DNA of 64,000 nucleotides from Clostridioides phage LIBA2945: sequence record MF547663.1; one strand, 5' to 3'. Shown piece by piece: positions 27,854 to 37,582 of this stretch (position 1 is its first letter; each line of letters starts with the position of its first letter). The notes under the pieces were generated by a model. It saw only the letters and a program-made list of their open reading frames with translations, ran no database searches and was not told where the DNA came from. The position numbers and the translations under genes were made by a program.

Positions 27854-29332
27854 ATGGTTGAAGAGTTTAAAATTAAAACCAGTATTGAACTTGATGACAA
27901 AGAAGCTAGAGAAAAATTAGAAAAGTTAAAAAATAGTGGTCAAGATAAGCCTATTAAATTAAATTTGAAAATAGGTGAATTAGATAAGTTATCACAGCAA
28001 GCAGAACAACTAAAAGGCATATTTAATAAAGCTTTCAAGATTGATAGTACTGCTTTAAGTAATTTAAAGCAAATTGAATCTACTATGAAAGAAATAAATA
28101 AACTAAGTAGAAGAAGTCAAGATAGTTTACTTGGTGGTGGCTCTGGAAATACAGGAAATATAAATAATGAACAACAAGATTTAATAAGACAATATAAAGA
28201 AATTTCAAATGTTGTGTCTAGGCTTCAAAATCAGATGAGGACAGGTTTAGGGGATAGTTCAATTGAAAGAACAACAGAGCAAATTGAAAGATTAAAAAGA
28301 CAATTGGATTCAGTGTATGCACAAATGAATTCATCATCTCAAGCTAGAATGGATATGTTTGATGCTTCAAGAGCAACAAGAGATTTAGCTGATATGAATA
28401 GAAGTCTTTCAAGAATAGAAGATATGGCAACACAAGCATCTGCTAGGCTTAATGGATTAGGCGATAATATAGATACAGATAAAGTAAATAGACTTAGGAA
28501 TGAGTTACAAGAATTAAAACAGATAGCTAGTAGAAATATAGATTTAAATCTTGATGTAGGTAATATAGTTAATAGAATACAAGAGATAAATCAAGAAGTT
28601 AGAAATTTAGAAAGAGTTGATAGCTTAAGGTCTAATTTCAGCAGAATAGAAGATTCTATTAGACAGGCATTTGGGAATGAGAGAGTTGAAGCTTTTAGAC
28701 GTTCTTTAGAGCAACTTCAAGGTTCGGCAGGAAATCTAAATGGTGATTTTAACAATATATTTGATAGACTAACAAGAGAAATGAGAGACGCGAGACAAGA
28801 AGCTGAAAGATTAAATAATACAGTTTCAAAGGGTGGAGGATTTTTTAATGATTTTTATTCATCTATAGCATCATATTCGATTGGAGATATGTTAGGAGAT
28901 GCTTTAACTGACGGAATTAGGTCTATGAAAGATGTTATATTAGAGCTTGATAGCTCTATGACTGACCTTAAAAAGGTTGCAGAACCAACAGATATTGATA
29001 GCACATCTGAGTTAGATAAGATAAGGGAAAAAGCAATACAAACAGCTAAAGATGTAGGAATGAGTGCATCACAAGTTCAAGAATCAATAGCATCTTCTTT
29101 ACAAGCAGGAATTGGAGGTATGCAAGAAAGTATTGCTGCTGCAAGACAATCAATGATACTTGCCAATGTAGGGGACATGGATGTTGAAGGTGCTTCTTCA
29201 GCAGTAAACACAATAATAAATGGATTTAGAATTGAACCTTTAAAAGAAATGCAAGTGCAGGTTGGAAATACTACAAAGAAAACAACAGAATTAACTGCTG
29301 CAATGGATATGCTAAATTGTTTGGCGTGTTAG
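27854..29332 (+). CDS. tail tape measure protein, 5' part (exon 1-like)
   Basis: Long Q/R/E-rich coiled coil followed by a TP901-type core region (ANVGDMDVEGASSAVNTIINGF...TELTAAMDMLN). Stops abruptly with an out-of-context CLAC*. Confidence 0.8.
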   Translation: MVEEFKIKTSIELDDKEAREKLEKLKNSGQDKPIKLNLKIGELDKLSQQAEQLKGIFNKAFKIDSTALSNLKQIESTMKEINKLSRRSQDSLLGGGSGNTGNINNEQQDLIRQYKEISNVVSRLQNQMRTGLGDSSIERTTEQIERLKRQLDSVYAQMNSSSQARMDMFDASRATRDLADMNRSLSRIEDMATQASARLNGLGDNIDTDKVNRLRNELQELKQIASRNIDLNLDVGNIVNRIQEINQEVRNLERVDSLRSNFSRIEDSIRQAFGNERVEAFRRSLEQLQGSAGNLNGDFNNIFDRLTREMRDARQEAERLNNTVSKGGGFFNDFYSSIASYSIGDMLGDALTDGIRSMKDVILELDSSMTDLKKVAEPTDIDSTSELDKIREKAIQTAKDVGMSASQVQESIASSLQAGIGGMQESIAAARQSMILANVGDMDVEGASSAVNTIINGFRIEPLKEMQVQVGNTTKKTTELTAAMDMLNCLAC

Positions 29333-29603
29333 ATAGAAATATCTAATATTATGAGGGGGCAAAATCGGTGAAGACTGAGATGTTACCACCGAGGTAAATT
29401 AAAGAATTAAAAGACTTTAATCACCGTAACGCATAGGAAATGAACCTATGCTATTTTTATGTTTAAAATAGCATAGAATATAATTTTCCCACGAGTGTCC
29501 TCCATCTGAACAAGTAATCTTGAAGATGAAAATATATGCTGAACTTACATGAATAAGAAATGTAAGAACTACAAGATAAAAAGCTTGTAGGGTAACAATT
29601 TGA
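29333..29603 (+). other. structured intervening sequence splitting the TMP ORF (candidate group I intron, about 270–290 nt)
   Basis: Multiple stops in all frames. Several perfect hairpins: ttagata-GAAA-tatctaa (GNRA tetraloop), gcatagg-aaatgaa-cctatgc, cttacat-gaataagaa-atgtaag, cggtga/tcaccg. The TMP frame resumes right after an in-frame TGA at 29601. Confidence 0.45.
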
Positions 29604-29654
29604 AACTATGCAGGGAATAATTATGCAATTGGAACAGCAGGTGTTGCCGAAGCG

Positions 29655-32600
29655 ATGAAACGTGGAGGTAGTGTACTTCATGAGTATGGCGTCAGTTTAG
29701 GTGACACAGTGGGTATGATAACAGCAACAAATGAAGCGATACAAAATCCAGAAAAAGTAGGTAATGGTTTAAAAAGTGTCGCAATAAATTTAGCAGGTAT
29801 GAAAGTTTCAGCTGATGATGGTACACTTTCTTTAAATAAAACTGCAAAAGGCTTAAAGGAAATAGCTGGAATCACAATTTATAAAAATAAAGATACTGGC
29901 GAATTGAAGAATATGGTTCAGCTCTTAGATGAGTTGAAAGGCAAATGGGGAGAACTCAGAGAGGATGAACAAAAAGGATTGGCTGAAGCAATAGCAGGTA
30001 AGCAACAAGCAGCTATATTCCAATCCTTAATGGGTAATTATGAGACTTTTAAAGAAATAAGGGAAGAATTCAGTCAGGGGCTTCAATTTGGTTCGGCTGA
30101 GGCTGAAAACAAACAATATTTAGATAGTCTTGCAGGGCGTTTAAATGAGTTGAAAACAATATGGGCAGATATATTCCAAAATGTATTTAATTCAAATACA
30201 ACATATGGATTTTTAGATGGTTTAATATCTGTATCTAATGGAATAAATAGTGTTATAAAAACATTAGAAAGATTAAAATTAACAACACCAGCATTAATAG
30301 GAAGTTTTATGACTTTAAAAACGTTATTCTCTGGTATGGGAATGACAAATGGTACTAGAAATGTGGCTAGACTTATAAATCCTTTAAATATGATAGGAAC
30401 TCCTATTAAAGCTACAACTACAATACTACAATCATTTAGACATGCAGTAATGGCGGCAAATGTAGCTGGTGCTAATGGAGCAAATGTAATTACTAGAGCA
30501 GGAACAGGTTTGGGAGCATTAAGAAAAAGTTTATCTAGGACTTCTATTGGTATTGGAACATTAAATATAGCAACAAGTTTGTTGAACGGGGCTATGATAG
30601 GTTTGGCTACTTTTGCTATATCTAAAGGAATACAATGGATAGATGATACTATTCACAAGTATGAAAAATTAGCAGAAAAACAAAAAGAAGTTATTGGAAC
30701 TACTACAAGCGAGATAAGCTCCTTGCAACAAAAGAAAAAGAGTTTAGAAGGTATATCAGAAGAGTACAATAATTTAGCTAGTAAGACCGAAAAGACTGCT
30801 GATGAAACTGAAAGATTTAGCGAACTTAAACAACAAATTGCAGATATAGCACCAGAATTAGTATTGGGTGTAGATGAGAATAATGACCCTATTCTAAATA
30901 TGAGTGGTAACTTAGATGAGGTCATTAATAAATTAAGAAAGGCTATAGAAGAAAAAAATAAACTTTTAAAGTCTCAAGAAGATGAACTTGCAATAACTAC
31001 ATCAAAGACTGCACCAGATACAAAAAAAGACCTTGATAAAGAAAAGAAAAAACTTGATAAAGTTCTTGAAGATGAGCATAATTTATTTAAAAATGCTTTA
31101 AGTAAATCTAATTTTAAAGAACAAACAGAAGCATTAAAAAAGGCTTACAATCAACAAGAAACAGATTTTGCAGAACATCATCAAAAACTTCTTACTGAAT
31201 ATGAAAAATATAATGAAGAAGAAGAGGTAATGCAGAAAAGGGCGATTAATAGATTAACTAATTCTGATATATCTAAAACATATGCTAAACAATCTGAACA
31301 AAAGAAAAGTAAAATGAATGAGCTTGTAGCTAATATGAATTGGCATGACTATAGTGTAGGACAACAGAATAGCATTATAAGTGCTTTTGATAAAATAAGT
31401 GAGTCAATTCCTGTTGAAAAATTAGACCAGTGGAATAAGAAGATAACTGATGCTAACATAAATTATCAAGCATCTGGCGATATGAACCAATATACTAAGG
31501 AACTACAAGGTTTAGCAAATGAACTTCAAAAGCTAAGTGGTGGAAGTATAAGTGCTGATACTTGGCTTATTGGATTACAACAAGGTTTTTCTGGATTAGA
31601 CTTAGCCAGTATGAAATTACATACTTTCTTGAAAAGTTATGGTTCATCTTTAGCTGAACTTGAAAACAAAGACAGTCTTGCAATAAAGCTTAAAAATCAA
31701 TTTGATGCATTAAATGATTTTTCTCAAAATTTAGAAGTCAATGGTAAAATCAATGTAAAACTGCTTGAAGATATACAAAGTGGAGAAGCTGGTCAAGATT
31801 TACCACAACAACTAAAAGATATAATAAATGGATTCACATTTGGAGAAGATTCACAAATAGAAGCTCAGGCTCAATTAGCCCTACAAGTAACAACTACGTT
31901 GCAAAACGAAGGTCAATTATCTGATGATGTTGTTAAACAATTAAATGACTTATTTAAGGGTAAATTACAATTAACAGATGACATTCTTAAAAATGGACTA
32001 AAAATCAGTGATAAGTTACCTGCATTGCCAGGAAATATGGTTCAAGCATTAAATGAGCAATTTGCAAATGCTTTTACAGGAGACAATGCTCCTGAAATCA
32101 CACCTAGTGTAAATGGAGAAAAAGCTAAAAAGGAATTAAAAGAGTTAGAAAAATTCAAACAAGATACTTTTAAATCAGATAAAATTGTGACTGAAATTAA
32201 TAATAAAGGACTAGATTTCGCAAAAAAAGACTTGAGTGTATTAAAAGAACAGTTGGATAGATTTAAAAATGAAGATACAAAGTTGTCTTTTACTACAGAT
32301 TGTGCAGATGCTTTTAAAGATGTAAATTCTTTAGAGGAAGCTAGAAAAAAAATATCTGCTCCAATGAGTTTAAAATATGATATAGATGTAGATAAAAAAG
32401 GATTGACTGAAGCAAAAAAAGTCTATGATATTTTACCTGATAATCTCAAAAAAAAGATAGAAACAGAAGTAATAGGTATAGATAAATTAGACACATTACA
32501 AAACTTAATAGATAAAGCTCCAAATAAAAAAGAAACTATATTTGAAATAATTAATAAAAATCCAGATAAGCTAAATGAGATAGATGAAATTCTTAATAAC

Positions 32601-35600
32601 GTTCCAAATGATAAAAAGGAAGCTGTTATTGATTTTATAGTAAATAATTTAGACCAACTTGAAAAAGCTAAAAATGTACAAGAATTTATAAACAATTTAC
32701 CTCCAGAAATAAAAAAACAACTTGGAATAGAAGTTGAAGGAGGAGAAAATGCAGAGAAAACTGTTAATACAGTTCAAAATGCAGATGGAACTAAGGCTGA
32801 CCTTTTAGTAAATGCAGAAGTAAATGGAGAATCACAAGTAGTTGAATGCATAGAAACATTGGATAAGAATGGTAATAAAACATACACTCCTAATTTAAAT
32901 CCTCAAGTTAATAATAGTGAAAAAGTTGTTCAGTGCATGAGAATATTAGATGAATATGGAAATGAATCTTATATTCCAATTGTAAGTCCTCAAGTTACTA
33001 ATGAAGAAGGGCTTAACAGTACTAAACAAAAAATGGATGAGTTAGATAATAAAACAGTAACTTCAACTGTACAAATAAAGACAGAAGGAGAAACTGAAGT
33101 TGAACAAGCAACCAATTTTATAGAAAATACAAATCCAACTAAGGTTATTGAGTTATCCATAAACAACTCTGGTAAAGATGAAATTGACAATACAAAACAA
33201 AAGTTAGATGAACTTAATAATGAAAAAGCCACTCCTACTATTGAAGCTACAGGTGCAGAACAAGCATCCAAACAATTAAATCAATTATCACAAAAAGCAC
33301 AAGAAATTGGGCAAGGTAATTATCATATAAATGTTAGTACTTCAACTGAACAAGGGGCTAAGAATATTTCAGGACTTATAGCTAGAGTAAAACAATTCTT
33401 AGCTTTGAAAGTATCTACACTTGTATTTAGAACTGAAACTGCACAAGCAGCAAAAAATGTATCAGGTTTGTTAGCCAAAGTACAAAGTTATGTTAGCCGA
33501 TATGGTGGAAAAACTATAAAGACTACATTTAGTGCATTAACTGCAACTGCTGCAAAGAACATATCAGGGCTTATTAGGAAAATAGAGTCATTTAAATCAA
33601 ATTATGCAGGAAAAACATTCACTACTACATTTGTAACTAATAAAGTGACTAATAGTTCTGGTGGTGGAGGAGGAGGAAATAGTTCAGATAAGACCAATAA
33701 AACTGAACGTACCTCTGTTACTAATGTAACTCCAATTCCAGCTAATCTATTAGCTCAACCTAGAACATCAGAACCAGCACCAATAAGTGACGAAACTCCT
33801 GTAACACCAAAACCATCCTTATTCTCAAGAGCAGTATCAAGAGCCACATCCGCTTTCAAAGTAATCAAACCTAAAGTTACAATAAACAATGACACAATAG
33901 ACTCATCTGTAAAATATAGTATAGAATTATTTAAAGAGTTAGAAAATGCTATATCAGCAGTAACAAATGAAATAGCTCTATTAGACAAAAAAATGGAACA
34001 TGCTACAGGTGATGAGAAGATTAAATACTTACAGGAGCAAAATAAATTATTTGCTCAACAAAAAGATTTAATAAAACAACAACAAGATGGATATAAAGCT
34101 GAAAGTAACAGACTTAAAAATAGATTAAAAGAAAAGAAAATGGGCTTTAAGTTTGATGATACTGGAAATCTAACTAACTATGAAGAAAAGTTAATATCAA
34201 TAGAAAAAGAATTAGACAAATTAAATTCAAAGTCTGGTGACAAAGAAAATAAAAAAGATGAATCCAGAAAAAAAGAGTTGGAAGAAACTAAGAAAGTCCT
34301 TGAAGAATATATTAAAGTTACATTTACAGAACTGCCTAAATGTGAGCAAGAATGGGAAGAATACAATAATAAAATTAAAGAACACAATGAGGAGTTAAGG
34401 AAAGCACAAGAAGAAATGTGGAAACTTAATAAGAATTCCACATGGACTTCTATGTACAAAGATGTAGAGCAAGTAAATAATGAAATAGCAATGATAGATG
34501 TATTACTTAAAAATGCTACAGGTGATGAGCAGATAGAGTTGTTAGAAAAGAAAAAAGAGTTAATGGCCAAGAAGGCTAAAGAACTATCTGAAACAACAGC
34601 ATATCTTCAAGAAACACAAAAAGAGCTACAACAAAAGCTACAAGGCTATGGATTTACATTTAGAGATAATGGCGATATAACTAACTTCATTCAACATAAA
34701 AATCAACTTAAAAAGAACATGACTGATGAAGAATTTAAGAGAATGGAAGAGGCAGCAGAGGGATATTTGGATTTATTGATAAATAAAATACCTGATGCCA
34801 ATAAGGAAATTGCTGAATCTAAGGAAGAAATTGAAGCATTAAATAAAGAAATTCAAGATGCTTATAAAGACCAGCTTAAAGAAGCTCAAAGCCTACAAGA
34901 AAAAATTAGAGACATGTATAAAAAAGAGCTTGAAGAGAGACTTAAAGAAATAGATAAAGAAACTAAAGCTAAAATTGATTCTCTTAAAAAGCAACAAGAT
35001 GCTTACAATGATTCAAGAAAAGAAGCCAAATATAAAGATGATTATGAAGAACAACAAGATGTAATAAGTGATTTAGAAAAACAAATAGCAATAGCTGAAA
35101 GAGATAGTTCTTTAAGTGGTCAGAAGAAACTTAAAGATTTACAAAAACAATTAAAAGAAGAACAGAAGAAATTACAGGATTTAGTACAAGACCATGTAGA
35201 CGACCAAGTTAACGATATGTATGACAAGGAATCTGACAGACTACAAGAAGAAGCAGATAAGTTAAAAGAAGAGTTAGAGAAAAAATACTCAGATGAAAAT
35301 TTAGTTGATTTAATTAATGAAGCAATTTCAAGCGGTAAATTTGTAGGTCTTGATGGAGAGGTTAAGAAACTTCAAGATGCTATTATTGAATACATAAATA
35401 AATATGAAGATGGTATGTTGGCAATGGGTTCTGTCACTAAGCAGGAATGGCTCGATAGATTAAAAGAAGGTAAAGAGACATTAGAAGATATTAATGACAT
35501 ATTGGATGAATTAGATTTAAGTAAATTTGCTATGCCTAATTATAATCCTCCTTCAAATTCTCGTTCAAGAAGTACATCTCCAATATCAGCAGTTAATTAT

Positions 35601-35723
35601 AATTCACCATTTGTTGTTGTACAAGGGAATGTAACTAAAGATGTAATGCCTGAATTTGAAAAGAAGATGAGGAAAATGATTGAAGAAAATAACAAAAAAA
35701 TTATTTCTAATACTAGGTCTTAA
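29655..35723 (+). CDS. tail tape measure protein, 3' part (the in-frame region actually opens at 29604)
   Basis: 2022 aa. Continues the TMP core (NYAIGTAGVAEAMKRGGSVLHEYGVSLGDTVGMITATNEAIQNPEKVGNGLKSVAINLAGM), then very long coiled-coil/low-complexity regions typical of TMPs. Confidence 0.8.
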   Translation: MKRGGSVLHEYGVSLGDTVGMITATNEAIQNPEKVGNGLKSVAINLAGMKVSADDGTLSLNKTAKGLKEIAGITIYKNKDTGELKNMVQLLDELKGKWGELREDEQKGLAEAIAGKQQAAIFQSLMGNYETFKEIREEFSQGLQFGSAEAENKQYLDSLAGRLNELKTIWADIFQNVFNSNTTYGFLDGLISVSNGINSVIKTLERLKLTTPALIGSFMTLKTLFSGMGMTNGTRNVARLINPLNMIGTPIKATTTILQSFRHAVMAANVAGANGANVITRAGTGLGALRKSLSRTSIGIGTLNIATSLLNGAMIGLATFAISKGIQWIDDTIHKYEKLAEKQKEVIGTTTSEISSLQQKKKSLEGISEEYNNLASKTEKTADETERFSELKQQIADIAPELVLGVDENNDPILNMSGNLDEVINKLRKAIEEKNKLLKSQEDELAITTSKTAPDTKKDLDKEKKKLDKVLEDEHNLFKNALSKSNFKEQTEALKKAYNQQETDFAEHHQKLLTEYEKYNEEEEVMQKRAINRLTNSDISKTYAKQSEQKKSKMNELVANMNWHDYSVGQQNSIISAFDKISESIPVEKLDQWNKKITDANINYQASGDMNQYTKELQGLANELQKLSGGSISADTWLIGLQQGFSGLDLASMKLHTFLKSYGSSLAELENKDSLAIKLKNQFDALNDFSQNLEVNGKINVKLLEDIQSGEAGQDLPQQLKDIINGFTFGEDSQIEAQAQLALQVTTTLQNEGQLSDDVVKQLNDLFKGKLQLTDDILKNGLKISDKLPALPGNMVQALNEQFANAFTGDNAPEITPSVNGEKAKKELKELEKFKQDTFKSDKIVTEINNKGLDFAKKDLSVLKEQLDRFKNEDTKLSFTTDCADAFKDVNSLEEARKKISAPMSLKYDIDVDKKGLTEAKKVYDILPDNLKKKIETEVIGIDKLDTLQNLIDKAPNKKETIFEIINKNPDKLNEIDEILNNVPNDKKEAVIDFIVNNLDQLEKAKNVQEFINNLPPEIKKQLGIEVEGGENAEKTVNTVQNADGTKADLLVNAEVNGESQVVECIETLDKNGNKTYTPNLNPQVNNSEKVVQCMRILDEYGNESYIPIVSPQVTNEEGLNSTKQKMDELDNKTVTSTVQIKTEGETEVEQATNFIENTNPTKVIELSINNSGKDEIDNTKQKLDELNNEKATPTIEATGAEQASKQLNQLSQKAQEIGQGNYHINVSTSTEQGAKNISGLIARVKQFLALKVSTLVFRTETAQAAKNVSGLLAKVQSYVSRYGGKTIKTTFSALTATAAKNISGLIRKIESFKSNYAGKTFTTTFVTNKVTNSSGGGGGGNSSDKTNKTERTSVTNVTPIPANLLAQPRTSEPAPISDETPVTPKPSLFSRAVSRATSAFKVIKPKVTINNDTIDSSVKYSIELFKELENAISAVTNEIALLDKKMEHATGDEKIKYLQEQNKLFAQQKDLIKQQQDGYKAESNRLKNRLKEKKMGFKFDDTGNLTNYEEKLISIEKELDKLNSKSGDKENKKDESRKKELEETKKVLEEYIKVTFTELPKCEQEWEEYNNKIKEHNEELRKAQEEMWKLNKNSTWTSMYKDVEQVNNEIAMIDVLLKNATGDEQIELLEKKKELMAKKAKELSETTAYLQETQKELQQKLQGYGFTFRDNGDITNFIQHKNQLKKNMTDEEFKRMEEAAEGYLDLLINKIPDANKEIAESKEEIEALNKEIQDAYKDQLKEAQSLQEKIRDMYKKELEERLKEIDKETKAKIDSLKKQQDAYNDSRKEAKYKDDYEEQQDVISDLEKQIAIAERDSSLSGQKKLKDLQKQLKEEQKKLQDLVQDHVDDQVNDMYDKESDRLQEEADKLKEELEKKYSDENLVDLINEAISSGKFVGLDGEVKKLQDAIIEYINKYEDGMLAMGSVTKQEWLDRLKEGKETLEDINDILDELDLSKFAMPNYNPPSNSRSRSTSPISAVNYNSPFVVVQGNVTKDVMPEFEKKMRKMIEENNKKIISNTRS

Positions 35724-35861
35724 TATATGTAATTGGTCTTTATTTATTATTCACTCATTTACTTACGTTTTATAATTTATAGTCAGATTTTTTTTGAAAA
35801 TATATATTTATCTAATAAAAAATATTGTTTATAAAAAACGTATTTATGATATAATAGTAAT

Positions 35862-36003
35862 ATAAATGATATAAATTTATATCATAAAGACATAAAAAAA
35901 GAGACTACAACTATTTGTGCTAGGGTGTCTCTTCATAAATAAGCGAAGTGTTAATTAGAGGAAGAATCACCTGAATTGCCGTTCGGGTGATTCTTAATTT
36001 TTT
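35862..36003 (+). ncRNA. candidate type I antitoxin sRNA 1
   Basis: Extended -10 TGATATAAT at 35847–35855. Internal hairpin aagagac...gtctctt. Terminator aagaatcacc...ggtgattctt + T-run (35962–36003) lies inside the 3' end of the convergent toxin ORF. Confidence 0.45.
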
Positions 36004-36130
36004 GCAACGTTTTCTTAAACTCATCTATTTCTTTAAAGAGTCTATTTAAATTCTGAACCAACTTAATCAAACTAATAATTATAGTTGTAAGAAATGTTAT
36101 TATCGTTAACAAACAAATTAGATATTTCAT
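35951..36130 (-). CDS. type I toxin-like small membrane peptide 1 (59 aa)
   Basis: MKYLICLLTIITFLTTIIISLIKLVQNLNRLFKEIDEFKKTLQKIKNHPNGNSGDSSSN: single TM helix plus polar tail. SD ggggagg is complementary to an upstream ccttccc (sequestration hairpin). Minus-strand promoter TGGTATAAT about 110 nt upstream. Confidence 0.5.
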   Translation of the reverse strand: MKYLICLLTIITFLTTIIISLIKLVQNLNRLFKEIDEFKKTLQKIKNHPNGNSGDSSSN

Positions 36131-36391
36131 AATATCATATCACCTCCCCTCTTGATTTGACATGGGAAGGCTTATGTATATGAAGATTCACCCTAATAGT
36201 TTTTTTATGTAGTCTCTAAAAATATTATACCATAAATTACCAATATGTTAAATTTAATATTATATTGTCTACAATTGTAAAAGAATATTGTGTTCTAAGA
36301 AGTTATTCTATTAATAGTATAGCTTTTTTATTTTTCAATGAAGATAATGACAACATTGACTATTTTGATAATATTGGAGTATAATAGTAAT

Positions 36392-36547
36392 ATAAATGAT
36401 ATAAATTTATATCATAGGGACATAAAAAAGAGACTACAAACTATTTGCTGTAGGGTGTAGTTCTTAAAGTTAACAATAAAAAGAATAGATTTATGTATTA
36501 CTTTCAGAATCACTAGACCCGCCAGTCTGGTGATTCTTTAGTTTTCT
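36392..36547 (+). ncRNA. candidate type I antitoxin sRNA 2
   Basis: About 75 bp near-identical to sRNA 1 (ataatagtaatataaatgatataaatttatatcata..gacataaaaaa.gagactaca). Terminator agaatcactagac...gtctggtgattct + T-run. Confidence 0.45.
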
Positions 36548-36652
36548 AATAGATGCTTTCAAGTTTAAGATTGCATCTATTAGCTTTGTCAAATGATTGA
36601 TTATTCTTGTAATCATAATTATCATTATTAAAAACAAAACTAAGTACTCCAT
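36491..36652 (-). CDS. type I toxin-like small membrane peptide 2 (53 aa)
   Basis: MEYLVLFLIMIIMITRIINHLTKLIDAILNLKASIRKLKNHQTGGSSDSESNT. Paralog of peptide 1 (shared C-terminal KNH..G.S.DS.SN motif). SD aaggggg with an upstream cccc sequestering stretch. Confidence 0.5.
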   Translation of the reverse strand: MEYLVLFLIMIIMITRIINHLTKLIDAILNLKASIRKLKNHQTGGSSDSESNT

Positions 36653-36910
36653 AGTCTCACCCCCTTTCTTACTGGGGATTTTAACTAAAGAGCCATCACC
36701 CTAATAGTCTAAACTGTAGTCTCTAAAAATATTATACCATAATTTTCCAATATGTTAAATTTAATATTATATTGACGACAGGAGTAGAATAAAGATATAA
36801 TACAGATAACAGAAAATTTAAAAATTTTACATAAGAATTACTACTTATCTATGCCACCTTAAAAAGTGGCTATTTTTCTATTCTGGTATATATTTAAGGA
36901 GGTGTTACAA

Positions 36911-37066
36911 ATGATAAATAATATAGAAGATTGTAAGCTTCTTATTGAGGCAGAAATAAGAATGAAAGATATAGATGAAAAAGAACTAATATCTCAAAGG
37001 GAGATTCTGAAAGACCTAAATATTAATGAAAAAGACCTTGAAGATATTGAAGTGAATTTTGAATAA
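36911..37066 (+). CDS. small acidic hypothetical protein (51 aa)
   Basis: SD taaggaggtg. MINNIEDCKLLIEAEIRMKDIDEKELISQREILKDLNINEKDLEDIEVNFE. Confidence 0.35.
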   Translation: MINNIEDCKLLIEAEIRMKDIDEKELISQREILKDLNINEKDLEDIEVNFE

Positions 37067-37201
37067 TGAAATGATTTATAATATACCTATTTTAAATATG
37101 TATTAGTTGATATCAGTAATCGTCTTTATCTAGTGATTTTTTATTTATTAACTGTAAACGAATCTGTTTTACAAAAAACGTATCTGTGGTATAATAAAAG
37201 T

Positions 37202-37306
37202 AAGGAATTTAATCTACTTAATACAAAGAGTGATTGTTTCCTTAAAGTTAATTAAAAATTAATTTATCTTTTGAAACCACTCTTATTGGCGTCTGAGTGG
37301 TTTTTT
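37202..37306 (+). ncRNA. candidate type I antitoxin sRNA 3
   Basis: Extended -10 TGTGGTATAAT (37185–37195). Terminator aaccactcttattggcgtctgagtggtttttt (37275–37306) inside the toxin 3' end. Confidence 0.45.
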
Positions 37307-37380
37307 GCTTTATCATATATGTAACAAGCTATTAAACTTGTTGCAATATTTAGGCAAATATTAAACACTACTGTTTCCAT
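37264..37380 (-). CDS. type I toxin-like small membrane peptide 3 (38 aa)
   Basis: METVVFNICLNIATSLIACYIYDKAKNHSDANKSGFKR. SD aaggaggtga. Confidence 0.45.
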   Translation of the reverse strand: METVVFNICLNIATSLIACYIYDKAKNHSDANKSGFKR

Positions 37381-37582
37381 AAATTCACCTCCTTATAAAA
37401 AAATAAAGCGAGGCTCACCTCCTTCCTTTGAAGAAGTAGGCTAAATACAGAAACAACCACTCTTAGCACTTTCGATTTAAAATTCCTTACTATACTAGAT
37501 TATACCATAATTTTACAATTAATAAAATATTTTAGCTCATCTTAATTGATGGGCTTTTCTAATACAAAGAAGGTGATAAAAT

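Noticed and set aside
29678-34570. Several 60–130-aa minus-strand ORFs within the tape-measure gene (for example 30653..30925, 32423..32695, 34178..34570)
   Set aside because: Low-complexity antisense frames of an A/G-rich coding strand. No start signals. Fully embedded in a well-supported long ORF.
27854-35723. Interpretation of 27854..29332 and 29655..35723 as two independent TMP genes
   Set aside because: The break falls inside the conserved TMP core, and the gap is stop-rich and highly structured with no SD or start for the second part. An intervening sequence is more parsimonious. Splicing is unproven, so both parts are listed separately.
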